Positions 15,854 to 24,356 are shown, numbered from the stretch's first letter. The stretch is 35,114 bases of DNA from Eubacteriales bacterium (GCA_045613265.1 JAZLAP010000257.1:1-35114), one strand, 5' to 3'. Numbers and translations: made by a program. Notes: a model not told the origin generated them from the letters alone.

Positions 15854-16666
15854 CTAACCTTTTTTGCTGCTCGACGGAGAAAAACCCGTATGCTTTCGGA
15901 AGGTTCTTGAAAAGTAAGAAAGGGACTCAAATCCGCTTTCGTACGCCGCCGCAGTCACACTCATGCCGTTGGCAATACAACGCTTTGCATATTTGCATCG
16001 TATGACATTGATATACGTCACAATGGTTTGCCCTGTATAGCGCTTGAATTCTCTCGCTAAATGAAATTTTGTGATGCCGCAAAGCTCTGCCAGCCTTTCA
16101 AGATCGATGCGCGTCTGGAAGTTTTCGTTTATATAATCGAGCACGCGCTTCACATATTCGGATGTCAAGCATCCTTCGTTGTTTACGAGCGTTTGACACG
16201 AATGCTTTTCCCAAAGATGCACGAGCAGGGACAAAACGGCGTTGCGTATCTTTGCGACCGTAACGTTTGCTTCTTTTTCGTAATACTGCTTCATCAGCTC
16301 GACGATTCTGAAATAGGCATGCTTCGCTTCGGGATCGCGTACCCTCTTTTCAAAGCAAATGCTTCCGGTGTCGATGCCGTTCTCATTACAAAAGCTTTCG
16401 TCTATGATCAAATAGTAAAAGCTGATTCCGCATTCGCTGTACGGTCGGTGAATTGCACCTGCGTTGATGAGAAAAAGATCATCGGGCGAAAGAGGGATAT
16501 CTTCCGCATCGTATTGCATTCTGCCGTATCCTTCCGTCACAAAAAGAAGCTCAATGTTCTGATGCCAATTACAAGGAGCGGACAGAATATGATCCGAATA
16601 TTTGAAGATAAAAGGAAAGAGCTTGTTCTTCTTGATATCAATATGATGCTCGTAATAATGCCTCAT
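15854..16666 (-). CDS. AraC family transcriptional regulator (cupin-like N-domain plus HTH_18)
   Basis: The C-terminus LAELCGITKFHLAREFKRYTGQTIVTYINVIRCKYAKRCI...ESGFESLSYFSRTFRKHTGFSP is a classic AraC double HTH. The ATG at 16666 (GGAGG 4 nt upstream) is preferred over the TTG at 16693. Confidence 0.88.
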   Translation of the reverse strand: MRHYYEHHIDIKKNKLFPFIFKYSDHILSAPCNWHQNIELLFVTEGYGRMQYDAEDIPLSPDDLFLINAGAIHRPYSECGISFYYLIIDESFCNENGIDTGSICFEKRVRDPEAKHAYFRIVELMKQYYEKEANVTVAKIRNAVLSLLVHLWEKHSCQTLVNNEGCLTSEYVKRVLDYINENFQTRIDLERLAELCGITKFHLAREFKRYTGQTIVTYINVIRCKYAKRCIANGMSVTAAAYESGFESLSYFSRTFRKHTGFSPSSSKKG

Positions 16667-16797
16667 ATACCCTCCGATATCAATATTGTGCAAATTTTGG
16701 TCAAAATAAAGGTTGAAACCGATCCGTATATATTTTACAATGTATGCAAGCGGAAGTCAATAACTTTCGTAAAAAAACTAAAAACGGAGATAAAAAT

Positions 16798-17652
16798 ATG
16801 AAAATTCTTGCCATTGGCGCACATCAGGACGACAACGAATTTCGTGTTGGCGGCATGGCGCACAAGTGGGCGAAAGCCGGTCATGAGGTAAGATTTCTCA
16901 GTATGTGTAACGGTTGTGGCGGTCATCATCTGATGACTCCCGAGGAAACTACCGCACGTCGCGCAAAGGAATCCGCGAAGGTTGCCGAATATCTCGGTAT
17001 CCGTTACGACGTTTGGGACATTGATGATTGTACCTTGGTTGCCGATCTTGCCACAAGAGAGCGTCTCATTCGTTATATCAGAGAATTCTCTCCCGATCTT
17101 GTGATCGCGCACCGTCCGAACGATTATCACGCTGACCATCGCGCGTCGGGACAGCTTGTTCAGGATGCTTCCTATATTCTCACAGTGCCCCATACCTGTC
17201 CGGACGTGCCCGCAATGCTCACGATGCCTGTAATCGTGTACAATGAGGATAGCTTTAAAAATCCCGATTTCGTCCCTACTTACGTCATGGATCTGAATGA
17301 CGAGATTGATACAAAGCTTCACATCGCGCATTTGAACGATAGCCAGGTTTATGAATGGCTGCCCTATAATCAGGGCATTACCGATGTTCCGCCCGCCACC
17401 GACGAACCTGCGCGCATGAAATGGCTGAAGGGCATGGAAATCACCGAAGATACGACCGACGAAGAAATTCTTGCCGCAAAGCACGGATACGCAGCGCGCT
17501 ACGCAAAAACCGCGGCACGCTTCAGAAAGGAATTGATCGCACGATACGGTCAGGAGCGCGGAAGCAAGGTACGCTACGCCGAGGCATACGAGCTTTGCGA
17601 ATACGGCGAACAACCTTCCGCAGAGCTTGAAAAGGCGTTGTTCGGTTTTTGA
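16798..17652 (+). CDS. PIG-L/LmbE family deacetylase
   Basis: MKILAIGAHQDDNEF matches the family motif AHPDDE (here AHQDDN). Followed by HRPNDYHADH. Start 16798 was chosen for the GGAG 8 nt upstream. Divergent from the AraC gene. Confidence 0.8.
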   Translation: MKILAIGAHQDDNEFRVGGMAHKWAKAGHEVRFLSMCNGCGGHHLMTPEETTARRAKESAKVAEYLGIRYDVWDIDDCTLVADLATRERLIRYIREFSPDLVIAHRPNDYHADHRASGQLVQDASYILTVPHTCPDVPAMLTMPVIVYNEDSFKNPDFVPTYVMDLNDEIDTKLHIAHLNDSQVYEWLPYNQGITDVPPATDEPARMKWLKGMEITEDTTDEEILAAKHGYAARYAKTAARFRKELIARYGQERGSKVRYAEAYELCEYGEQPSAELEKALFGF

Positions 17653-17669
17653 TAACCCTACATTGCAAC

Positions 17670-17699
17670 AAAAAAAGAGAGGCACGCCTCTCTTTTTTT
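17670..17699. terminator. bidirectional intrinsic terminator between convergent genes
   Basis: AAAAAAA-GAGAGG-CACG-CCTCTC-TTTTTTT. The A-tract and T-tract make it usable from both strands. Confidence 0.8.
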
Positions 17700-17710
17700 C
17701 ATCGTTTCTC

Positions 17711-17893
17711 TTAATCGTCGTTAATATTGAGCGCATCCTCATCCTCACGCAGCAAAACGTCATCCTCAAGGTAACGTTCAGAAGCAAGCTCCATTGCTGT
17801 GCGTGCGCGATTCGGAACGGAAGGCAACGTCTCCTTCTCAAGGTCGGGTGTGTCTGCCATCGGCAAACCGAGATCATACTTTTTTCGTTTCAT
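17711..17893 (-). CDS. 60-aa highly acidic hypothetical protein
   Basis: MKRKKYDLGLPMADTPDLEKETLPSVPNRARTAMELASERYLEDDVLLREDEDALNINDD. Strong SD AAAGGAG 7 nt upstream on the minus strand, and ends 11 nt before the bidirectional terminator. No Cys, no TM segment, no family recognised. Confidence 0.6.
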   Translation of the reverse strand: MKRKKYDLGLPMADTPDLEKETLPSVPNRARTAMELASERYLEDDVLLREDEDALNINDD

Positions 17894-17958
17894 CCACAGG
17901 CTCCTTTCGGTTTTACGACAGTATTACCTTTTGAATGAAAAATATACAGCGAAACAGA

Positions 17959-18363
17959 TCACATTTGACCGACGGGCGGTGTTTTTGCATTCGCTTTTGC
18001 GGTAAATTTGGCGGCGTTGACGATAAAGCGCTCGTGCATCCCCTCGCCGATCTTGCCGCATTCGTCATATGCAGTGACACAGAAGGTGAGTTTTTTTCCA
18101 TCAATGGCAACAAGCTCACTTTCGCAACGTACCACCATGCCCATAGGTGTAGGGGAAGTATGACGAATGTTCAATGAGATCCCCACCGTAGATTCGTCTT
18201 CGGCAAGACAAAGAGCAATGCTGTTCATCGCCGCCGCTTCCATCATGGCAACCATGGAAGGCGTTGCAAAAACAGGCAAAAGTCCGCTGCCCACAGCTGC
18301 CGCGATGTTCTCCTTGTCAACCATCGTATACTGCTTACCCTTGATGCCGATTTTAAGCTCCAT
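17959..18363 (-). CDS. hotdog-fold thioesterase (FlK-like thioesterase family)
   Basis: 134 aa. GSGLLPVFATPSMVAMMEAAA and the later HTSPTPMG block resemble small acyl-CoA thioesterases of the fluoroacetyl-CoA thioesterase-like group; this match is from memory. Confidence 0.78.
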   Translation of the reverse strand: MELKIGIKGKQYTMVDKENIAAAVGSGLLPVFATPSMVAMMEAAAMNSIALCLAEDESTVGISLNIRHTSPTPMGMVVRCESELVAIDGKKLTFCVTAYDECGKIGEGMHERFIVNAAKFTAKANAKTPPVGQM

Positions 18364-18843
18364 TTAAATGTCTCCGTAAACCTTTTGTATAAATAAATTT
18401 GTTATTTTTTTCTGATTCACATCATCTAAAATGCCGTAATAAACGTATCTACCGATGCATTTGACAACGGCGTTTTTATATTTTTCCTTTTCTTCGACGA
18501 AATAACGGTCGTCAAAGGCTTCGTAGCGTTCTCCTATACCTTCCTTGATCTGCAGTGCCAATCTCTTGGCTTCCGCCGTTGTAGGGCAGGCGTAAACACC
18601 AAACTCATTCATCGTAGAGGTAGCATCCCGATATACCGCATGATCATACTCCGCGGAAGAAAAGGGAAACACCGAAAAAAGATACCGCTCTGAGCAGGGG
18701 ATATAAAACGCAGGCGTATCGATTGCGGTTAAAAGAACGGCTTCAATATCGTTGGCGCGCAGATCGTCTCGTACAGTCCTTCCGCAGGAAGATAACAAAA
18801 AAGACACGCAAAGAAGCACAAGACTAACGCGAAACAAGCGCAT
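18364..18843 (-). CDS. lipoprotein, possibly DUF4358-like
   Basis: From the internal Met: MRLFRVSLVLLCVSFLLSSCGRT (lipobox LSSC). Its stop abuts the thioesterase start, and its start overlaps the SGNH gene end by 20 nt. The family call is tentative. Confidence 0.68.
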   Translation of the reverse strand: MRLFRVSLVLLCVSFLLSSCGRTVRDDLRANDIEAVLLTAIDTPAFYIPCSERYLFSVFPFSSAEYDHAVYRDATSTMNEFGVYACPTTAEAKRLALQIKEGIGERYEAFDDRYFVEEKEKYKNAVVKCIGRYVYYGILDDVNQKKITNLFIQKVYGDI

Positions 18844-19570
18844 TGTATATATACCCCAAAATTTCTCTGCATCCGTCGTAATTCCAATGAATGCCGTCAG
18901 GTGAGTCCATCTTCGTTTTGTCCGCAACGCCGCTTTCGTTTTTCATCGGTGTGTTGCTGTCAATATACAATAGCCCATAATCTGCCGCAATCAACCGAAT
19001 CAAACGATTTTTGCGATCAATATCCGCATTTTGAAGCTTTGCCGTTTCGGTGACGGGTAGGATCGAGTTCAGAACAATATCGGTGTTTGGCGTACACGCA
19101 AGCAATTTTTCAACAAGATAGCGGTATTCGGAAGAAAAATCCGCATCGCTCATCACGGAGCAACCGTTAACGCCGAGAGTGATCACTATGGTCTTCGGCT
19201 GCACAAGTGCCGCCAGATGCCCGATCGGCATATACGCAGAAAAGGGATCGTTCTTTTGCGACGTAACGTAAGAAGCGTAGCGAGGATATTCGGGAAGCGA
19301 TTTCAGCTTTTCAAGCATCGATGGAGTCAAGCGGATCTGCTTATGCGCAACGTCCCACATTGATAGCGTGTTTCCGGCTCCCGTCCATACGGAGAAAGTA
19401 TCGCTTCCGCCGCAAAGAAGACCAAAGCGACGAAATGAGTTCGTGGTGGAATCTCCGATGAAGACTGTGTTTTCGTCAAAACTAAAGTGTATTTCCTCGG
19501 CAGAAGATGCAAAGATGAAGAAATTACAGAAAGAAAAAGCAAAGACAAAAAACAACAGTTTTTTTCTCAT
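18824..19570 (-). CDS. secreted SGNH/GDSL-type hydrolase
   Basis: N-terminal signal peptide MRKKLLFFVFAFSFCNFFIFASSA. SGNH blocks FIGDS (I), TLGVNG (III) and DGIHW (V). Confidence 0.85.
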   Translation of the reverse strand: MRKKLLFFVFAFSFCNFFIFASSAEEIHFSFDENTVFIGDSTTNSFRRFGLLCGGSDTFSVWTGAGNTLSMWDVAHKQIRLTPSMLEKLKSLPEYPRYASYVTSQKNDPFSAYMPIGHLAALVQPKTIVITLGVNGCSVMSDADFSSEYRYLVEKLLACTPNTDIVLNSILPVTETAKLQNADIDRKNRLIRLIAADYGLLYIDSNTPMKNESGVADKTKMDSPDGIHWNYDGCREILGYIYNALVSR

Positions 19571-19588
19571 GAAGGATCGTGGAGGATA

Positions 19589-20029
19589 TCAGAACATGCT
19601 CTGATAGTTGTCCTTTCTTTTTGAGGCATTGCTTGATTCTGCCTCTGTTTTTTTGCTGATTTTTTCAGAAATAACAGTAGAAACGAGCATGACAACCGTA
19701 TAGATCAACACAAATGCAATGATGAACGGAACGGGATTCCCAAGCGAAACATTGCCCGAAACGCCGAAGATCAGAAAAAACGCGATCAACAGCGTTATAA
19801 ACTGTATCGCCACGCGCGCCGCAAAGGGTATTGCGGTGAGCTTTAAAGTATAGCGAGAGAACGTAACGCACAAGGAAAACAAGAAAATACAAAAATACTG
19901 TCCGCTCTGCATGCCCGTGGCGAGCTTTGTGCCGTCGATGGCAATGAACAAATAAAAAGCAGATACGATCCATAGGTGCGTCAACGCTGTTTTGCGAAAA
20001 ATATCATGAATAACCGAAATGATCTTCAT
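19589..20029 (-). CDS. small integral membrane protein (about 4 TM segments), unknown function
   Basis: 146 aa with four hydrophobic stretches and a Lys/Ser-rich tail. AAGGAG 7 nt upstream. Ends 18 nt before the SGNH gene start. Confidence 0.7.
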   Translation of the reverse strand: MKIISVIHDIFRKTALTHLWIVSAFYLFIAIDGTKLATGMQSGQYFCIFLFSLCVTFSRYTLKLTAIPFAARVAIQFITLLIAFFLIFGVSGNVSLGNPVPFIIAFVLIYTVVMLVSTVISEKISKKTEAESSNASKRKDNYQSMF

Positions 20030-20208
20030 ACGATTAGCTCCTTTTCTTTGTCTTCACCATTGTAGCACATTTTCTCGTTTTTTGCAAGGCTTTTCCGCAT
20101 TTTCCGTCTCGGTATCCGTTTTTTTCTTCGCTTTTCTTCGTTAGTTTGCAAAAAGTACGGATAATTATGATGCAAATTCAAAAAAATTAATTATTTCCTT
20201 CAAAAAAG

Positions 20209-20237
20209 TTGACAACGCGCGTAATATATTGTATAAT
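20209..20237 (+). promoter_or_regulatory. sigma-A promoter of nusB
   Basis: Exact TTGACA (20209-20214), 17-nt spacer, TATAAT (20232-20237). Confidence 0.65.
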
Positions 20238-20260
20238 TATACAGATTATAGTTTTGTTTC

Positions 20261-20280
20261 TTCGGGAATCCATTCCCGAA
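20261..20280 (+). promoter_or_regulatory. 9+2+9 palindrome in the nusB leader, abutting the SD
   Basis: TTCGGGAAT-CC-ATTCCCGAA is directly followed by AAGGAG (20281-20286) and the ATG at 20291. It could be an RNA hairpin or an operator. Chance occurrence is plausible. Confidence 0.3.
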
Positions 20281-20290
20281 AAGGAGTATT

Positions 20291-20728
20291 ATGGAACAGT
20301 TGACAAAAAGACAAAAGGCACGCGAAGAGGTGTTCGCTCTTCTTTTTGAAACCGCGTTCAACAATGACAAAGCCCCCGAAAGCATTCTTGCCGATGCGGA
20401 AGAGGCGCGCGGCATCAAGGTTGACGATTATGTAAAGGATACCTATTTCGGCGTGGTTGCACATATCGACGAAGTAAACGCCGCAATCGACACGCATGCC
20501 GTCGGGTGGAAGCGCAACCGCATTTCCGCCGTTTCTCTTGCCGTTATGCAGCTTTGCATTTACGAAATGCGCTACTCGACCGACATTCCTCTCCGCGTCG
20601 CCTTGAACGAAGCGATCCTGCTTTCGAAACGCTTTGACGACGAAAAGGCACGCCCCTTTGTTAACGGCATTTTGAATGCCGTTATGCAGGACGAAAAGAA
20701 AAAACGTGGCGATGGCGATGAAGAATAA
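20291..20728 (+). CDS. nusB: transcription antitermination factor NusB
   Basis: 145 aa. The REEVFALLFE... start and the C-terminal LNEAILLSKRFDDEKARPFVNGILNAV are typical NusB. Confidence 0.9.
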   Translation: MEQLTKRQKAREEVFALLFETAFNNDKAPESILADAEEARGIKVDDYVKDTYFGVVAHIDEVNAAIDTHAVGWKRNRISAVSLAVMQLCIYEMRYSTDIPLRVALNEAILLSKRFDDEKARPFVNGILNAVMQDEKKKRGDGDEE

Positions 20729-21677
20729 AATATTTCTTGGCATTGACACCTCAAATTACACCACTTCCGTTGCGGTTGTCGACATAAACGGCACTTGTCT
20801 TGCCAACATCAAAAAACCTCTCCCCGTCAAGGAAGGGGCATGTGGATTGCGGCAATCGGATGCTCTGTTTTTCCACACCGTCAATCTCCCCGAGGTATTG
20901 CAGCTTTCCAAGATTCATCTCGAGGGAAACGAGATCCTTGCCGTTGGCGTTTCGGATAAACCGCGCAACGTGGAAGGCTCGTATATGCCTTGTTTCCTCG
21001 CGGGTGTTTCTGCTGCGACTGCCGCGGCAACTGCAACAAACTCCAAGCTGTACCGTTTTTCGCACCAGTGCGGGCATCTGATGGCGGCGATTTTTTCTTC
21101 CGGACGCAAAGAATTGACAAACAACACGTTCGGTGCCTTTCATGTTTCCGGCGGCACGACCGAGCTTGTGCGCGCGCATTTTAACGGCGCTTCCTTTGAT
21201 ACCGTCATTGTTGGCGGTACGGCGGATCTGAACGCAGGACAGGCAATCGACCGCATCGGTGTCGTAATGGGTCTGCCGTTTCCATGTGGCCCCGCTATGG
21301 AAATTCTCGCCACACAGAATAAAACCAAGCTCCCACCACGCAAAATATCCGTAAAAGGCACAACCGTCCATCTGTCCGGACTTGAAAATCTTGCGAAAAA
21401 GCTTTACGACGAAACAAAGGACAAGCCGCTTGTTGCCGCATTTTCCTTGACCTTTATTGCCGAATCACTTGCCGCAATGAGCAAAGCCTACCTTGACATT
21501 TACGGAAACCAACCGCTTTTATATGCAGGTGGTGTGATGAGCAACGGCCTTATCAAATCCCACATCTGTGGAAAATTCGACGCCGCCTTCGCCGAGCCGA
21601 TTTTTTCCGCCGACAATGCCGCCGGCATCGCCTTGCTCGCACGCCAAACATTTTTAAAAACAGAGGATAATGCATGA
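20712..21677 (+). CDS. Kae1/TsaD-like ASKHA-fold protein (peptidase M22 / glycoprotease family), divergent
   Basis: FLGIDTSNYTTSVAVV (compare GIETSCDETS in TsaD) and SHQCGHL (compare HxxGH metal site). About 320 aa. Start at 20712 or 20718, overlapping the nusB 3' end. Confidence 0.72.
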   Translation: MAMKNKIFLGIDTSNYTTSVAVVDINGTCLANIKKPLPVKEGACGLRQSDALFFHTVNLPEVLQLSKIHLEGNEILAVGVSDKPRNVEGSYMPCFLAGVSAATAAATATNSKLYRFSHQCGHLMAAIFSSGRKELTNNTFGAFHVSGGTTELVRAHFNGASFDTVIVGGTADLNAGQAIDRIGVVMGLPFPCGPAMEILATQNKTKLPPRKISVKGTTVHLSGLENLAKKLYDETKDKPLVAAFSLTFIAESLAAMSKAYLDIYGNQPLLYAGGVMSNGLIKSHICGKFDAAFAEPIFSADNAAGIALLARQTFLKTEDNA

Positions 21678-22918
21678 ACGAGGAAAGCATTCTTGTTGCC
21701 AACGGTGAAGAACGCGCTATCACCGTATCCGAACTGAATTCCTATATCAAAAGCCTGATCGACGGTGACTTGTTTTTAAATCGCGTCGTCGTAAAGGGAG
21801 AGCTTTCGAATTTTACCAATCATCGCACCGGACACTTTTACTTTTCCGTAAAGGACGAGGGAAGTCTTATCCGTGCCGTAATGTTCCGCTCTGCGGCATC
21901 CAAAGTAAAGTTCACTCCCGAAGACGGCATGAAGGTCATCCTCAGGGGAACCGTTTCTGCGTTTGTGAGAGACGGTCAATATCAGCTTTACGTCACATCC
22001 ATGGAACCTGACGGCATCGGTGCTCTTCACCTCGCCTTCGAGCAAATGAAGAAAAAGCTTGCGGCAGAAGGGCTATTTCGAGAAGACCGCAAAAAGCCGC
22101 TTCCAAAAATACCGTCTGCGATCGGCGTGATCACGTCACCAACCGGCGCTGCCATCCGTGATATCATCCACGTTTTGAACCGACGTTTTCCATATGCAAA
22201 GGTCTATATTTTTCCTGCGCTCGTGCAAGGAAATGATGCGCCGCCGAGCTTATGCAGAGGTCTCGATTTTTTCAATCAACATGGCGGCGTCGACGTTATT
22301 ATCCTCGGTCGTGGCGGTGGCTCTATGGAGGATCTGTGGGCATTTAACGACGAAACGCTTGCGCGCAAAATTGCGGCATCTCGTATCCCCGTCATTTCCG
22401 CCGTCGGACATGAGGTGGATTTCACCATTGCCGATTTTGTTGCCGACAGACGCGCTCCGACACCTTCTGCCGCAGCCGAGATCGCAGTTCCCGAAACACA
22501 CGAACTGATGCATAAGATCAATAATATCGTCGGACGTACCCAGCTTTTGCTTTCACGCACGGTGGAACGCCGCCGTGAGGCAGTCAAGCTGCTCTCTGAG
22601 CGTAGAATCTTCACGATGCCGGAACGTGCCTTTGACGAAAAACGGCTTCGGGTAACCGCACTGCACGATACGGCGTGTCGCGCCTTTGAAACCAAACTCA
22701 TGAACGCCAAAGCGATGCTTTCCACACAAGGAGCCAAGCTGCACGCACTCAGTCCGCTTTCGGTCTTCTCGAGAGGCTATGCTTTAGCGGAAGATCATAG
22801 CGGTCACATTTTAAAATCGCATACACAGGTAAACGAAGGGGATAATATACGCATCCGTCTCCGCGACGGTGCCTTGACCGCCACCGTACAATCGGTAGAA
22901 AGGGAAACACATGAATAA
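21674..22918 (+). CDS. xseA: exodeoxyribonuclease VII large subunit
   Basis: 414 aa. OB-fold N-terminus (TVSELNSYIKSLID...VVKGELSNF), GVITSPTGAAIRD, RGGGS.EDLW.FN. ATGA overlap with the upstream gene. Confidence 0.93.
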   Translation: MNEESILVANGEERAITVSELNSYIKSLIDGDLFLNRVVVKGELSNFTNHRTGHFYFSVKDEGSLIRAVMFRSAASKVKFTPEDGMKVILRGTVSAFVRDGQYQLYVTSMEPDGIGALHLAFEQMKKKLAAEGLFREDRKKPLPKIPSAIGVITSPTGAAIRDIIHVLNRRFPYAKVYIFPALVQGNDAPPSLCRGLDFFNQHGGVDVIILGRGGGSMEDLWAFNDETLARKIAASRIPVISAVGHEVDFTIADFVADRRAPTPSAAAEIAVPETHELMHKINNIVGRTQLLLSRTVERRREAVKLLSERRIFTMPERAFDEKRLRVTALHDTACRAFETKLMNAKAMLSTQGAKLHALSPLSVFSRGYALAEDHSGHILKSHTQVNEGDNIRIRLRDGALTATVQSVERETHE

Positions 22919-23147
22919 CGTACAAAACCAGATGACATTCGAAGAGGCGCTTCATCGCTTGGAGGAAATCGTTCACATTTTAGAAGAGGGCAATTCTCCG
23001 CTTGAGCAATCGCTCTCCGTTTTTGATGAAGGCATTCGTCTTGTTAAATTTTGCAACGAAAAGCTTGACACAGCAGAGCAAAAGGTGAAGCTCCTGCTCG
23101 TCGGCGAGGACGGAAGCGTCTCCGCAGAAGATTTCAGGCAAGAGTAA
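22911..23147 (+). CDS. xseB: exodeoxyribonuclease VII small subunit
   Basis: 78 aa. FEEALHRLEEIVHILEEGNSPLEQSLSVFDEGIRLVKFCNEKL is typical XseB. Overlaps the xseA end. Confidence 0.9.
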   Translation: MNNVQNQMTFEEALHRLEEIVHILEEGNSPLEQSLSVFDEGIRLVKFCNEKLDTAEQKVKLLLVGEDGSVSAEDFRQE

Positions 23148-23160
23148 AGGGCACCCGTAT

Positions 23161-23622
23161 ATGAACAGTCTGTTGCACAACATTTTTTTGTGGTCTGCGC
23201 TTTTGGGATGGTTTGTTGCTCAATTTATTAAAATCATTGTCACATGCATCAAGGACCGCAAATTTTCTCTGAAACTATTCTTAAAAATGCTGATGGCTTC
23301 GGGCGGTATGCCTTCCTCGCACTCGGCTTCCGCTTGCGCTCTCGCCGCTTCCATCGCCGTGGTGGAAGGTCTGAATTCCGCACTGTTTGCCATTGCTTCG
23401 GTGTTTGCCTTTATCGTAATGTACGATGCGCAAGGCGTTCGCCACGAAACGGGAGTACAGGCAAAAATTCTGAACAAGATCTCAACCGATCTCTCTACGG
23501 GAAAGACCAAATATATTGACAGAGACCTGAAGGAGCTTGTCGGCCACACACCGCTTCAAGTCCTGGCAGGATCGATTCTCGGCATTCTCATCGGTGTTGC
23601 CGTACCGTTTTTTATGCTGTGA
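23161..23622 (+). CDS. divergent PAP2 family membrane protein (DUF212, YuiD-like)
   Basis: 153 aa. SGGMPSSHSA, MYDAQGVRHETG and GHTPLQV motifs. Confidence 0.85.
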   Translation: MNSLLHNIFLWSALLGWFVAQFIKIIVTCIKDRKFSLKLFLKMLMASGGMPSSHSASACALAASIAVVEGLNSALFAIASVFAFIVMYDAQGVRHETGVQAKILNKISTDLSTGKTKYIDRDLKELVGHTPLQVLAGSILGILIGVAVPFFML

Positions 23623-24356
23623 TGGAACGAATCGATGTTGCACTCGTAACACGCAATCTGGCAGATAGCAGAACGAAAGCGCAAAGATTGATCGAAGAGG
23701 GAGCCGTAACCGTCAACGGTGTTGCGGTTCACAAGCCTTCCACCCCCGTTCGCGAGGATGACGAGATCCACGTTGACCGTTCCGCCGATATTTGCCGCTA
23801 TGTCAGCCGTGGCGGACTGAAGCTGGAAGCCGCCCTTTCGGCGTTTCCCGTCACCGCCAAAGGACGTATATGTCTTGACATCGGTGCCTCCACGGGCGGT
23901 TTTACCGATTGCCTTTTGCAAAACGGCGCCGCACACGTTTATGCAGTGGATTCGGGAAAAAAGCAGCTTTCGGAACGCTTGTTGAGCGACTGCCGTGTTA
24001 CTTCCATGGAAGAAAAGAACGCACGCGACATGACGAGATCGGATTTTATACAGCAGCCGACGCTCGCCGTCATGGACGTTTCCTTTGTGTCGCAAACGCT
24101 GATTTTTCCCGCCATTGCTCATATTTTGCCGACGGGTGGAGCACTCATTTCACTCATTAAGCCGCAATTTGAGGTGGGGCGTTCAGGCATAGGAAAAAAC
24201 GGAATCGTAAAGAGTGAAAGCTTGCGAAAAAATGCCGTACGCACCGTTTGTGCCGTTGCAGCGAATCACGGTCTTATGTCAAAGGGCTTGATCGAATCTC
24301 CGATAACAGGCGGAGACGGCAACATAGAGTACCTTGCTTATTTTATCCGTACTTAA
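23622..24356 (+). CDS. tlyA: TlyA family rRNA 2'-O-methyltransferase (S4 plus FtsJ domains)
   Basis: MERIDVALVTRNLADSRTKAQRLIEEGAVTVNG (S4 domain). DIGASTGGFTDCLLQNGA (SAM site). DVSFVS...LIKPQFE. TGATG overlap with the upstream gene. Confidence 0.88.
   Translation: MERIDVALVTRNLADSRTKAQRLIEEGAVTVNGVAVHKPSTPVREDDEIHVDRSADICRYVSRGGLKLEAALSAFPVTAKGRICLDIGASTGGFTDCLLQNGAAHVYAVDSGKKQLSERLLSDCRVTSMEEKNARDMTRSDFIQQPTLAVMDVSFVSQTLIFPAIAHILPTGGALISLIKPQFEVGRSGIGKNGIVKSESLRKNAVRTVCAVAANHGLMSKGLIESPITGGDGNIEYLAYFIRT

Noticed and set aside
16735-17877. A 380-aa ORF on the minus strand, the longest unannotated ORF in the window.
   Set aside because: It is entirely antisense to the well-supported PIG-L deacetylase gene. 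It reads straight through the bidirectional terminator at 17670-17699. It has a Cys/Arg/Phe-rich composition with no recognisable domain and no SD. This is a typical shadow ORF.
15744-20029. A genomic island integrated at the tRNA-Leu 3' end.
   Set aside because: I found no integrase, no repeat of the tRNA 3' end and no compositional shift; these genes look about 50% G+C. The idea is kept only as a low-interest note on the tRNA.
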